A DNA stretch of 64,000 nucleotides from Balanoglossus misakiensis (GCA_040954595.2 CM082576.2:17903028-17967027); one strand, 5' to 3'. Positions 39,902 through 54,004 are shown, numbered from the stretch's first letter. The notes: generated from the sequence alone by a model not told the origin. Program-made: numbers and translations.

Positions 39902-41157
39902 TAAATATTCTTTCTTAGTAAGTACGATGTGCCAATGTCAGCATACTTGATAAGTAACGGCCGTGGTAAAATTTGTCCAAAAGAAGCTATGATTATGTAA
40001 ATTTTATGGGAATTAGCCCTGACTCTATGATTTTTCCCAGGGAGAACACTGTCCTGATATATTGTCCCCCGAAAATGTGATCTGTCCCCCTTTCTAACCT
40101 GCTGCGGGTCACAATGTTCCCATGCTTTCAAAAGCTGGCTGGACTTTGATGTGTCAAACTTCTTTCAACAAAAGGGAACATGTAGCCAGGTAAAAGACAG
40201 CACATATTTTGTAAGAACCGTAGTATAGTTTTTATCAAAAATTTAATGCATTTCTGTTTCAAGGCTGAAGTAGTGAGAATTAATCCTTGTTCATAGGTTG
40301 TCACACTCTTTAAGTACCACTATTTTCATATCCATAGAAAAAAAATCATAAAATGTATGATCTCCAACGATGCATCACAGGGAAATTTTTACGACTTTTC
40401 TGCTAGTTTTTTTTATGAGACCATTAAAAGGCTTCCTGTCATTATAGGGACTACTCTCATTTGCATGTTGCATATTTGCTGCATTTTTATCACCAAGCTT
40501 TTCAAATTCTTCTACGGATGCATTGATATCAGGGGACAACAGTGTTGTTGTTGCAAATCCCATGGTTTAGACCCCCAAGGCACCGGCTATTCTTTGTTTT
40601 TGAATGAAGCTGGTTTTCCCTCTGGGCCCTCTAAGTCAGTTATGCATGTGCAATTCATTGTTAATAACATTGCCTCTGCTGGATTGACAGTTGCAGGGGT
40701 TAATCATAGCACCTCACAAATGATCCACAAGACTGACAAATTGGTTGAAGACGTGGAGAAATTCACGCAAAGTGAATACTGCTGGGAGCTACATTGAAAC
40801 ACACTGTTGACAGACACATTTCACAATACCATCCAATATGCTATGGCATCAACATTCAATCAGTCACTGTCTGCATGACTTGTGTACTTTCCATCTTGTT
40901 GTAAGAGTTGCTCGATTTGCTTGACATCTCTTGCTTTGGCTGTATTTGCCTGAATGGCAAATCTGCAAATTGTTTGAAATCTTTTATTTTATCTTTGATT
41001 GTAATCATTTATCTTGTTTGAATACTTTTTTTAGCTTTGATGCAATTTTTCTGACCTTTACTTAGTGTTTGTAGTTGTTTATTCCACAACATTGTTTTTG
41101 TTTAAAACCCAAGTTGTGAGTTTTCTCAAGAAGATACGAGTGACAGTTTGAAAAGCG

Positions 41158-41193
<36 letters not shown>
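41158..41193. repeat. Poly(A), 36 nt
   Basis: Directly visible; no TSD found. Confidence 0.95.
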
Positions 41194-41195
<2 letters not shown>

Positions 41196-41630
41196 GACTA
41201 GAATACTGGCGTAGCTTGTTCACTCGATTGCTGCAATACAATATATGGATCGGAAATCAAGCAAGTTTTTCATGTAACTTTTGTTTCATAACCAAAAAAA
41301 AAACTACATTTTGTCTTTCAAGTGCAACCTCCAATGAAAAGTTACAATGAATCGGTAGCAGATCATGCAAATGCCTGTTGATCTCCGACCTATTTGAAAC
41401 TCAAGTAAAATGTGTGGACACAAGATTTTGAAGTCCCTGATAAGAAATGTTTACCCACTTATGATAATAAAAAAAAGGAGCGCCCTAACCATGGCACATG
41501 AGAACATGTCTTAAAATTTTTCTCGGGGTGCCTCAAGTAAATTAGATTTTGAAATGTCCTCTGAAATGCCCCAACCAGTCTTGGCCCAAACTGCCCCCAC
41601 CCCTCCTCAGTAATACCCATTTTGATACAC

Positions 41631-41631
41631 C

Positions 41632-41719
<88 letters not shown>

Positions 41720-41957
41720 CGTCCGTCCGTCCGTCCGTCCGTCCGTCCGTCCGTCCGTCCGTCCGTCCGTCCGTCCGTCCGTCCGTCCGAGCGAGCGAGC
41801 GAGCGAGCGAGTGAGTGAGTGAGCGAGTGAGTGAGTGAGTGAGTGAGTGAGTGAGTGTACACATGTATTTGTCCAAACTTTTGAATAGTTTAGTTAGTTA
41901 GTTAGTATATAGTTAGTTAGTTAGTAAGTAAATTAGTTAGTTAGTTAGTTAGTTAGT
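41631..41957. repeat. Compound microsatellite (CTGT)n(CCGT)n(GAGC)n(GAGT)n followed by (TTAG)n
   Basis: Directly visible; explains the low-complexity ORFs at 41542-41876. Confidence 0.97.
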
Positions 41958-42547
41958 ATAAGTTTAGTATTTAGTTAATTAGGTTTATTAGTTTTGGTAG
42001 CATAGGTTTAGTTAGCATACATTTATTTACTTACTTGATTTACTCAGTGTATATATTTATTTATTTTATTTATTTAGTTCAATGCAGATGTGTACACTTA
42101 TTATAAAAAAAATGAAAAAAAATTGTTTTTTAAATGTGTGGTCTTATATCTGCACTGACTGGAGGGGTAATATGAATTCTGGCTGCCTTAAATAGGATTT
42201 CACTTTGTGCTAGGGGGGGGTCAAATCACATTGCATTCTGGGCAAAAAGTCGACACCCACTGTAGTAAGAGATAGAAGAAATGATATGTTTACTGTATTT
42301 CATGACTTCCTTTGGTCAAACATGTCCGTTTTGTAGTTAGCAACTCATTTTAACTTTTTTCACATTTTGTTATTTTTTATGTTAAAAAATTTCAGAATGA
42401 CCCATCATCACTTTAGCTCATGAACTCCCATTTTTTAAACATGGCCAAAATTGGCCATCTTGAAATTGTGTTGACCATATGAGATTTTCATCACTCACTT
42501 AGGTAGCTTAAAACCTATTTAAGGTTGGGAGGATTGGTTGCTGTAAC

Positions 42548-42575
42548 CGTGGAAGTACTAGAGAGTACCTCCATG
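42548..42575. mobile_element. 28-bp inverted micro-insertion with 7-bp TSD
   Basis: CTGTAAC|CGTGGAAGTACT-AGAG-AGTACCTCCATG|CTGTAAC. Confidence 0.6.
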
Positions 42576-42783
42576 CTGTAACAAAGCTTTGATTTATTCT
42601 GAGGGGCGGAGGCACGAGAAATTGGGGTTAATCAGTCGTGTTAAATGCAGATCTCTCCCAGCAGCAGAACATTTAATAAGTGTTACCCTCCCTCTATATT
42701 AGTCCAAATTTGTATAATGACGTAACCCTCGCATAAAGGGGTGTGTTAAATTTGGATGCAAGTATGCCACCTCAGCTTGGTCA

Positions 42784-43092
42784 TTATACACATGATGACT
42801 GACAATGAGGGCAACAGTGTATTTTGATGACCGAGGGTGCTGCTAGTCACAACTAAAACAGTCTTGTTTTCCCGAGGGCATAGCCCGAGGGAAAACAGAT
42901 TGTTTTGGTGTGACTGGCAGTCCCGAGGTCATTAAAAATACACTGTTGCCCGAATATGTCAGCCATCATGTGTTTTATAACACACCAAACCGATCGAACT
43001 GATGCCCAAGGCAACAGTTCGAAATGACTAAGGTCACGTGACGTCGTATTGACGAATCACGATCGAGGGTTCGCTGCATGGTGTGTTATAAA
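42784..43092. mobile_element. Hairpin element (~197-bp palindrome) with an extra inverted terminus, tentatively Crypton-like
   Basis: Arms 42784-42870 and 42890-42980 around CCCGAGGGCATAGCCCGAGGG; TTTATAACACACCA (~42975) is inverted at 43079-43092. Confidence 0.65.
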
Positions 43093-43940
43093 TCAAACTG
43101 TACCCACAGTGCTTCAATGTGACCCTCTCTCTAGTCCTCATTTGTATAATGTGCGTCTACCACAAAGGACCATGTTAAGTTTCCACCTTCTTGGTCCCAT
43201 AAAATCTATCCAAATAAACAAGGTTGTTTATGGTTTACCAACATCAAGAATCAGGAATACAGAGGTAATTGACCAAACAATACAATTCGGACTTAAATCA
43301 TAATTGTATAATTATAAAATTCTGAGTTCTCACTAAGCAGGCGCCGGGCCATCAAGACATCTGGTCAGCTACTTTGCAGAACAGGTCACCTATTCTTTCT
43401 CTATCAACAGTACCAGAGAATAGCACCATGGCATTCTATGTTTAAGTTTGTCAATCAACCAACCAAGTGAAAAACAAGATCCTAATTCAACCGTTGCCAT
43501 TGCAAATAAACTTCAACATTTGAAATCAATGTCAGAGCAATTAATGTTGTAAAGTTAAAGGTCTGATGAACCATTATTGCCTTTGAACATCACCACATTA
43601 TGACTCTGTGAGATGATCAATGCAGGACTGTGGCGGCTGGCAACTTAGTATAGGTTGCAAGATCAAAAATGTTTAGTTCTACTTGTTCTAGTGTTTGTTA
43701 AATATACCATAATTTTCAGTGATACCCTTGAAAAAATAAGCTCAATGTCTCTTCTTTACATCTACATGATTTGATGAGAATTGACTAATGTTTACAACAA
43801 AAACAACTTTTGTATTGTATTGTACTAAAAAGAATAATCTTATTCTGGCTCAATAGTAAATTTTAAAAATAACAGTGTAAAACGAGGCAGAAACACAACA
43901 AAATCACGTCACCACAAAAAGGACAAAAACATTATACATA

Positions 43941-45400
43941 TCAGGGATTAACTTTCCTGATGGCCATTGGCACAAAGCTGTTGCTGAACCTCAGCTTAGA
44001 CCACTTAAGGCAACGACGTCTATGACTTGAGGGTAACATTTCAAAGGAGAAATACAATGGATGGTTTACATCAGCAGTGATTGCACAAGCTCTGAGAGAA
44101 CCGGTGTGGATCTCCCAAAAGATGCTTGTTGCTTTTAACAATGGAAAGCAATAACACACATTGCAGTAAGTCCAGAGTGGTTCAACAACACTCCAGTACA
44201 ACAAAAGTAGCAGATGTGAATTAACATGAAAGGAACACAACCTCTTGAGCATGTGCAATCTTTGCTGTCATTTCTTTTGAATAGCTGTTGTGTGCTGACT
44301 TAAGGAGTGTTAATTGTTAAGAATATCACCAAGATACTTAAAAAAGACCACCTGTTCATTGGGTTCACCATCAATACAAATTGGGACATTTGGTCCTGAT
44401 ACCCGACGAAAGTTAACGTTAAGTTCTTTTGTCTTTGAAACATTAAGCTGTAGAAAATTTGAATTACAGCTATTAGAATAATACTTTACCAAGTTTACAT
44501 ATTCCGTTTCTGAGTTTGTGTCATTTAAAAGAACAAGTACAGCTGCACTATCAGAGAATTGGAAAGAAATGAACTAGTTGAACAATTACTCTGGCAATCA
44601 TTTGTATAGAAAATGAACGAAAATGGGCTAAGCCTGAAGACACAGCCTTGGGGCACTGGTGTTGGTGAAGACCACAGTAGATAGGCCTCCCCTACTCTCT
44701 CACAATGTGGTCTGTCAGTTAGGAAGTTATAAACCCAATAAACTATTGCAGGTGCATGGTGCACCTACCTGCAATGATATGTCTATGATAATGTGACGCT
44801 AAGTGGTGTTGAAAGAAGAACTGAAGTTGATGAATATAATCCTGGCATAGTGCCCCGCTTTATCAAGGTGTTTTAACAATTTATGAAGGAGACAAGCAGC
44901 TGCGTCATCCGTACCTTTAGGATCTACTTTTGACTGAACATAGGGGAGTAGATGAGACAATATCAAACATTTCATTATGAAGGATGTTGCTTTAGCTCTG
45001 AAGAAAAAGTAATTTTAGGAACTGGGAAAATTTTTGAAGTCCTCCAAATTTTGGGTTTAGTGCCTGTATCAATAGAGCGCTGAAAGAAATTCTGAAACAA
45101 GGCCTCTAGTCCATCCACGCACGCCTTCAGAACACTGCCAGTTATACCATCTGGGCCAGGGGCTGTCCAAGGTTTCATATATGGTACTTGAGTTGTCGTA
45201 CTACATCACCCACAGTGATGACTACATCATTCTGGCATGGGGGTGGACAGGAGGACAGCCTCCTGTCACACTCCTCAGAGAAATCTTGCTTGTCAAAACC
45301 TTGTATAAAATATGTTAATATCAGAAGCCAATGATTGTGAATCTGAAGGAGATAAAACTCGTTGTACACTGATTTGACCAGACATCTTTTTTCAAATACT
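43941..45400 (-). mobile_element. Decayed LINE reverse-transcriptase fragment, Rex1/Babar-like
   Basis: APGPDGITGSVLKAC, IWRTSKIFPVPK, PQGCV..SP..F..YTND, LQLNVSKTKEL, FKYLG and HPLYFSFEMLPS..RFSNSFVPMAIR in broken frames. Confidence 0.88.
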
Positions 45401-46679
45401 GAAAAGCTTTCCTCATTGGGCGCATGATTTCATGACACAATAGACAATAAGGTACAGTTGTGTTTGTGGGTGCTCCATAAGGCATTCGTTTTGAGACTAA
45501 GTGATAGCTCTGATCCTGCCCACCCAGCACTCGTGTAAATCAAAACTTAAAGTGTTAAATTTTCCGCTCATGCAGTGATTGAAATGGCATGGCATTTGAC
45601 CTTACCCCCCTCCTGCTCCTCTCCCCTTCCTCCCACCATAGTTGTGTCTAGAGCCCTGATGGGGGATAGGTCTCATTTTATAGCGCACAATAACCGGTAA
45701 TGTTTTAGGTTGGGTTCACAGCAGAAGTACTGACTCGGCCATAATCAAAACTGTTGTTTTCCCTTACTGTGTTTTCTTCCTTTGAAAATGATAATCATTG
45801 GATCTGTAGAGACTGTTTATTTTCTTCTGTTTAAATCTGAGAAAGATGACTGTAAATTACCCCTTCCAACCTCATGCAGTTGTCTGTGGTATCTACATAT
45901 GTACCTGGTATCTCAAAGTTTTAACAGCTTCAAAACATTTATGCCAACCAGACTGAAACTAATTTTACTTTCCGAACAATGTTCTTGTCACTGATTCTAA
46001 TCTAATTACCAGATGGAATACTACACAAATGGGGAGGTCACATAAGAAATCAGATACTGTGCATCTAACTGCACAAATACCATTATCGCTGACCACAACT
46101 GGGTATCATTGGCAAACATAATCATTTACAAGTACGTACTATGTAATGGATTACCAGCTGTATAATGGAACACTCAATCGACAAGAATATAGCTTTATGA
46201 AATGTGACCTTCACCTTCTATTATTTTGAAAAAATGCCTCCCCCACAATTGGTCCCCCCCCCATGCATTAGCTGAACACTCCCTTGATTAGACATGGGTC
46301 TAGGTGCCAGTAGAGTGCTGAATAAATTCAGAATGTGTGCAAAGAGACATGTACATCATCTGATCTGCTTGGCCTCTATGTACTTGTATATGTTAACGTC
46401 CAAACAAACCGATCCTTGTAGGCCAATCAAAGCACACCGTGGGGTTAGATTGTAAGCAGTCTAACTGCACAAATACATTTTGCAAGCAAGCCTGTTTTAA
46501 TTTATGCCACATAACAAAATCCCTACCTTCAATAGTTTTAAGTGAGTGTATTCTGGTACAGTGCAGTGTTTCCTTGTAATGTTTCAAACCTGCGCACACA
46601 TAAACAGTAGCTAAAAATAAACAGTATTCTGGTACATGAAAGCTCATTCAGTGCAATGATTCCATTGCTCATCTGAGCT

Positions 46680-46723
46680 TCAGAAAACTTTGGGTACAAC
46701 ACTGTCCACTAGCAGTGTTACAT
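46680..46723 (-). CDS. Candidate terminal exon of a minus-strand gene (DVTLLVDSVVPKVF-stop)
   Basis: Minus-strand acceptor CTTTCTATTTTCAG|, open to TGA; phase-compatible with 48755-48784. Confidence 0.3.
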
Positions 46724-48754
46724 CTGAAAATAGAAAGTCGGTTTGTATTTACAAGATTCAAAATGTACTCCACTACTCAACTCCTATAGTAAAAAATTTG
46801 GCACACAAGCCAATTTGAGAAATCTCCAACACAATAAATGGGACAGTAACAGGAGTTGCATGAAAGCTTGGCCACTCACAGAAAAATAACAGAACTTAAT
46901 ATCACATTAAGGCCCCATGAGCTGCAACTCAATAAAAATTTGTCACGCTTTCAATCTCTCCAAAAATCTTGGAAAGGCTTTTAATTCTGTCAGCTGGAAA
47001 GTAAATAAATATGAAGGTTTTTTTGTGAGTGAATTTTGTAAAAAAACTTGGATGTCCAGAAACTGCCTCCAATGTGTGTTCGTTTTTTTACCTGGCAGTG
47101 TGTTAAAAATTCACAGTATCCAGATTTTCTAACATACCACTATTTGACTTTCTTGAGGTATTAATAGCAATATGCGCATACTACAGTAGTTATCTACTCT
47201 TGCAATAGACAGTTGAAGAAATGGGTGTGGCACCTTTTTATTCTTTATTGTACATACCGGTATTTACATAGCCACAATCGAGTTTACTGATTTGTTTGTG
47301 TACACCGACCAGTAAACTTTAACTTAATTGGACCATTCAAAAGTAAAATCATGAAATTTTTTTAATACCAGATTCACACAGGGCAAAATTCAAAATGTTT
47401 GAGAGACACTACTTGCCTATGGTAAATACAGAGGATTAATCCTTTGATTCGCCTCTTGTCCACATACAACATTTATGTATAGGCACTATGGCTTGGCCCC
47501 ATAGACAATGGGTTGTTTAGAGGTATTAATCCTTACACCGGCGCAGGTCGTCAAAGACGTCTCGAATCTGAGACGTTTCAGCACCACTTGAACTGGTAAC
47601 AAATAATTATTTATGCAAGTATTTGATCTGAGACATTTTAGAAACGTATTAATGGTCCCTGTGTAACCCCCATATAAAATTGTGCTTAATTAAATTGGCA
47701 GTTTAATCAGTAATGCCCTGACAGTGGATCTGACTATAGAGAAAATTTCCATGTATCATTGTCATGGATTTCTGGTGGAGTGACCATGAGATAGGCAATA
47801 GACCTGTTATGCATGAATGGATCACCAATTATGTATGAGGTGCATGTATATTTGATTTCAAGAAAAGAGTTTAAATGAATTTTGGACATTCCATGCCATA
47901 TCACACTGTTCACTGGCATGGACTAACAGAGTATGGGAGGGGGGGGGGGGGCATTTCTTGAGCATAAATTGCACAATCTAAAGGAGAGAGGTGGGGAAAA
48001 GATTCCTCCATACACCTGAACATTTTTTTTAATTAATTCTTTGCTTTGGCTAGATCATCAATGCATTGCATTTTGTTGCCATGCTATAGCAACCACCTGG
48101 CAATGAAAAATCACATACAACCACCTGCCAAATGCCAAATCCTTGAATTTTATAATCGTGAAAATAAATTTCATCAACCATAAGACCAAACTGCACTAAT
48201 ACCGTGTACAAAAACATGAAAATGTTGATGATGGATCCAACTTGTGTGAGTTTCAGTGCTCATTCATAGTTCACTGTTGAGGTACCCGATCATTGTAACA
48301 ATGTCATGAGATGCAGCATGAAAGAGGACATCAACAAAATGAATATAACTATGAGTAGAAAGGATGCCATCCCCCCCCCCCCCACTTCAGTGTTTATATG
48401 AATCCTTCCATATTCATGACACAACCATTCTGGTCAGTTTTAATTATAGCAATCATATCCAGAAACTACTTGCTTGCAAAGTTTTCTGCCCAAGGTTTTA
48501 AAAAGCTAGGTCCTGTACGTGCATGTACAACTCATTCAAAATAACATCACCATTGCATGATAGAACAGCCATACACAAATTCGTTAATACAAATGTAGAT
48601 GCACACCTGCAGTATGATTACAACCACACATGTACTCACTTTATCTACAGGTATATACATTTATGATCATTATATACAATTAATAGATGTTTGCTTCCCA
48701 AATTTACAGACAAAACATTTCAATTTCTTAATTAAAAGCCAATAAATTCTGTAC

Positions 48755-48784
48755 CTGCCAATAACCTCTGTTCCATTTCAATAT
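48755..48784 (-). CDS. Candidate 30-nt exon (DIEMEQRLLA)
   Basis: Acceptor CTCTTATTCATGTAG|, donor CAG|GTACAG, phase 1-1. Confidence 0.25.
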
Positions 48785-50308
48785 CTACATGAATAAGAGC
48801 ATAAAAAAGGTTAACATTAGGTGAATCTTGAATTTGAAGGAAGATATTGAGATCTGGGAATGTATTGTATAGACTTCAAATGAGCAGAAGTCAGTCTCAA
48901 AGTTTTAAAAGATTTATTACACTGTCAAAGACTGAGTCCATAACAAAGAAATGTGGGCGGGGTTTCTTGAATGAGAGGGCTCTTGGCAAGTTTGGGGTGG
49001 GGCTATGGAATATCCTCCCGCTGTCTGAGGATGACAGTTTTGACAATGTTTTGGTTTGGTCCTTAACTACAAGAATAAATTTCATGTATCTTGTTTTGTA
49101 AATAAAAGGATTGTTGCTAACCTCATCTGTTGGTGCCAACAGTTCTCTGAATCATGACTAGCATTTCATGACATAAGAACAACAACTAAGCGGATACTAC
49201 AAAACAACAACTGCACTGTGACTTCAAACAATCAATCAATCAAGCCTCTGCACACCTCTGAATAGTGAAACATTAAAAGGTAGGAGACAGCCAGCCAATA
49301 TGCATTGCATGGTTATTATATTCCGTAGCCTTATACATAACATTTTGAGAAAACATACAATTCATTCTGTACGTACTGGAACATGTTGTATGCTCTGAAA
49401 TCAACACAGAATGTCGGACCCCTGCCATTTCAAGGCGCATGATCAGGCCCAGTTACAGAGTTAATTTATCTAAAATCTCCACATGCAGTTTTAAATTTTA
49501 ATGGTTTGCCTTTTGCTAATAGAGCAGTGAAATTGATAACATAGAGATATCTACCATAGATGGCCACTATTTGTCAATACCGGTACTGGTATCTTGTTTG
49601 ACTAAACTTTTGTTGCCCTTTCCTGATCAACTGGGCTATGTTGCCAAAATGTTGGAGAATTTGTGTGCTTCTTTAACACAGGATCCCACGTGTACAGTGA
49701 GCACATTATGCAACTTCTGGATCTATACAAGCCCCAAATATAATGTCATTGAAGCCCTAAGACTAGGAGCTGCCACTTGTTGCATTATTTTCATGATTTG
49801 ACTTCCAACATAGATTGGTCCATCTAAATAAGCTTACTGATAGGCATACATGAATATGTTACCGACGCCCGATTGTGGCTGTATGTTGCAATTTGAACAA
49901 GTGATATATTAAATAGGTGCCACACCTGTTAAATCAGCCTCTATAAAAAGAGTTCACAACTATTTTGGTACGCATCGCCAAGAGTTAATAACCAGAATCA
50001 AATGCAAATACAAGTAATGTGGATTAATGATGAAGATTTTATATAAAAGGTAGAAGATTTGATTTTTGGAAAAATGTGAAATTTGGCATTTCATGAGGCT
50101 TTCAGGGAATAGTAGTACCTGAAGACTGGTGTTGTCACCATAGTACATGCATTGACCAGCAGAATGTTGCTATAATTCCCAATGATTTGGCCAAAACTGG
50201 TTCCCTCTTAAATACTAGAAGGAAGGTACCAGTATGCATGTTCCTTGGTTGGTTAAATAAATTTTGATCAAAATTATGGTAATATGTGCCTTAAAGTCAG
50301 ATTTTAAG

Positions 50309-51575
50309 AATAATAATAATAATTTATTTATATAGCGTCAGTATCCACAAAAATGTGATCAATGACGCTTAAAGCAAAAATACAATACAACAAATGGCTA
50401 AAAAACAGATTTAAAGAGTAAAGTTTTAACATTTGATTTAAAAACAGAGAAGTCTGGTGCCTGGTGAATGGTGAGTGGAAGATTATTCCAAAGAATTGGA
50501 GCAGCAACAGTAAAACCCCGTTACCATAACTCCTGGTGCGTGATCGAACAGGACAGAGTTTGAACTGATCAGCTGACCTTAAATTGCGACACGGAACATA
50601 CAGATCAGTCATGTTAGAAAGATAGATTGGACCAAGTTTATGAATGGATTTAAAAATGAGAACTAACATCTTAAAAACAATACGCTCTGTAACAGATAGC
50701 CAGTGCAACTGATACAAAATCGGAGTGATGTGACAGGTGATTTTTGAACGAGTAACAATTCTAGCAGCAATATTCTGAACGCGTTGAATACGGTTGATTG
50801 AATACTTCGGGAGCCCAAATAAAAGTGAATTACATGAATCAATTCGAGAAGTAATGAATGCATGAACTAATTGCTCTGTAGCAGATTGAGATAAATATTT
50901 GCAATAAGTGCAATGCGACGTAAATGAAAAGTGGCAGAGCGGCAGATCTGTCCAATATGTGGCTTCATTGTCAGACAAGAGTAAAGGATCACTCCAAGGC
51001 TCTTAGCCTGACAATGGACGGGAATCAGAGAATCGCCAACACAAATTTCTGAAATCCCTCTAGCAGACAGATCACCCGAAGTACCAGAGAAAATAACAAA
51101 TTCAGTCTTATCATCGTTTAAGCACAAGAAGTTTTCAGACATCCAAAACCTAACATCGGATATACAAAGTTCAAGATTTGAAACAGTTCTTGCTGTGTTG
51201 TCTTTACAAAAAGACATATAAAGGGAAGAGTCATCTGCATAAAAACTATAAAGACAACCATGACTTTGAACTAATTCACCTAATGGAGACATGTACATAT
51301 TGAAAAGTATGGGACCAAGAACTGATCCATGTGGTACCCCAGTGTCGAGCGGATAGAAAGGTGATTGGGTGGAATTTACAAGTATGCACTGACTACGATT
51401 GGAAAGGTATGACTTAAACCACATGGGAACAGGATCTGAGAGACTAAAGCGGTCTCTTAAGCGATTGAGTAAAATGGTATGGTTCACAGTGTCAAATGCT
51501 GCGGAAAGATCGAGTAATACCAGGAAAACCTCTCGTTTTTCATCAAGAGCAAGCAAAATGTCAGAAGAAAGAGTG
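50309..51575 (-). mobile_element. 5'-truncated L2/CR1-group LINE (RT domain and C-terminus)
   Basis: LVLLDLSAAFDTVNH, GVPHGSVLGPILF, YADDS, LCLNDDKTE, LVHAFITSRIDSCNSLL and HITPILYQLHWL; frameshift near 50900; (TTA)n tail at 50309-50323. Confidence 0.95.
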
Positions 51576-54004
51576 AAACTCCAAAGGTTTAAATTTTCTG
51601 ATGCCTCTAAGTCTGTGATGAGTCTATTTTGAATGAAAGACCAAAACATGTTCGTCTTCTTATTTGTCGTCGCTACTTTAATTCTTATTTACTTTAAATT
51701 TATGTTGATACAGAGATTTGTTGCAAACAACATTCTCCAGAAATCTTTGAATGCATCCCATTCTTATCAATTTTAATCTTTAAAAAGTTATACAAATCGA
51801 GTTGATATACCAGTAATAGCAATTACCCCCCCCCCCCCCCATATTGGCTTTGAAACCGGGAGTGTATCTCCGCTCCTGACTAAGTTTCGGGGGCAGGGTA
51901 AAACCATACTTACCCCCCCCCCCACCATGCACAAAATCCCCCCTTACCCCCCCCCCCCCACCCCCGCCAATGATCATATTTTACACCAATAGGGATATGG
52001 ATTTAAAGAATGGCGCAATCACTGTGAATAACTGAAGTATAAAAATCAAAGATAACAGAAGCGCACATTTTGTTGTTTATGGAACATACAGTGTAATTGG
52101 CTGGGAGGCTTCATGAATCAATAATTGGACGCCAATCAAACTAATCTTTAACGAAAGTCGCTGATCGAAGAAAGTACATTTGTAGCAATGTGTGTGACAT
52201 GAATACAGTTGAATTCAATTTTTGGAACAATACTCAGAAAATTGTCAATCATAACAGATACTGGAGCTTTTACAATAATATTTGTTCACTTTATTTCTTG
52301 CTATTTCTCCCTTTTTATTATTTGCATTTAATCAGTAATCAATTTATTCAGCTATTTATTTTTATCATAAAACAATTGTGTCCAGAAAATATGTAACTTT
52401 GTCCCCGTACAAGAAATTGCTTCCTGCACCCCTGAAAAAGTGAAAATGTGCAAATCTAAGCAACAAAATATCATTAAGGAAATTCAACTTTTTGGTGCAT
52501 TTAATCTCTTTTATTTAGTACTGTCTTTATGAAATTACATTCTCTAGTGAGAGCAGCGCAGAGACACAGGAGAACAGAACTTTTGTCTCTCTTTTCGAGC
52601 GTCCACATCGCTTCATATATTGCTGTGGCGTTAAAGTCGGCTGTTACAATAACATTGATTGTGTAACAACGAACTACAAATTCTCACCAATATTCATAAG
52701 CTTTTCCATGCCATCGTCAATGAAAACGGCACTGGCATTCTGATTTGTAGATCATACGGCGGAGTTGGTATTCCCTGGAGAAAGTCGCTGTCGAGAATAG
52801 CCGATCTTGGTATTGGGAACATAGTCGAATAATGGATTTTGATAACAGCGGTATGCCATCGAAGCCTGCTCTGTAGAAATATGTTTTGTCGGGACTGCAA
52901 AATCTGCCCGACACAAGTCCGACATTTGGCCGTCGTGCATTACCATGATAAACGTGACAAGGCAAAGTTGTGAAAAACCGACTTTGTCATCTCAAAAAAC
53001 CCTGCCGGTGTACATGATGCAGAATTCCGGCATGCCAGTCGAAACTTTCCCGGTACCTTTTTGTTGATGGCGAATACCGTTTGCCACACGAAATTTCGAC
53101 GTGTCATTTGTGAAGTCACAACAGACCTGGCTGTATGATGCGACAATCTACGACAAGAATCACGTGGTTCTCAGTTGCATTTAAATTTTTATTCGTAATC
53201 TGCTCTTTAAAAACTGTATATCATGTTCTGACAGACTTCACCTTTACCAGAAAATGCATTTAGTTAAATCGTATAGATTTTCGAAGTTCTAAGTATCAAT
53301 CACAATTTCGGAAAAAAATGCATGGTTGTCTCTATACATGGTTTCTATATATCTACCCAGTGCCCGTCAGTAGCCTAAACCACTTAACTGTGCAACCCGG
53401 TCGGGCATTTTTTTTCTATCAAACACAAACAAAAATCTATTCATGGATGCGTCAATGAAGCACGCCAAAACAGGATCCCAACCAATCACAACGATGTACT
53501 ATTTCTGGCCATGTTACACCGATGTTTTTACGTGATATGGCGGCAGATGTATGACCTGTCATACTGTCCCTACGTTCCAACAAGTCAGCTACTGACCGGA
53601 AAATTAATTTTTTGGTGAAAAAACATTTTATTGTTTATATTGTTTAACGTTAAAATTTTACTCTGTCTCTGGGCATGCAAGCCTTACCCTATGTGCAGCG
53701 CAATATATTATTAGCATTCTTGTCGCACATCACCAATCAAGTAGGCCTAGGTTGGCATTATATGCAATAATTGAAGCATTGGTGGCCTAGTTGGGTGGGT
53801 AGATGGTGGGCCATCCAGCCACCCAACCAGCCCAACAAGGCTACAATTATTGCAGCTAGGCAGGCATGGAATGTAAGGCTAATTGAATTCAATTACTCAG
53901 AATGACTATCCTCGAATCGTATAGCACAACGCAATTCGCTGATCGCGGTTTCGGCGGTCAAATCATAGAAAGCTCGTACAGCAATTTTGTAACCAATCCA
54001 ATAA

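Noticed and set aside
41158-41193. Retrocopy or SINE tail
   Set aside because: No TSD, ORF or Pol III boxes recognised upstream
41542-41876. Overlapping ORFs with TDGR/SVCL repeats
   Set aside because: Microsatellite translations
50119-50214. Further minus-strand exon upstream of 48784
   Set aside because: The 96-nt version has stops in all three frames; the 51-nt version is phase-incompatible
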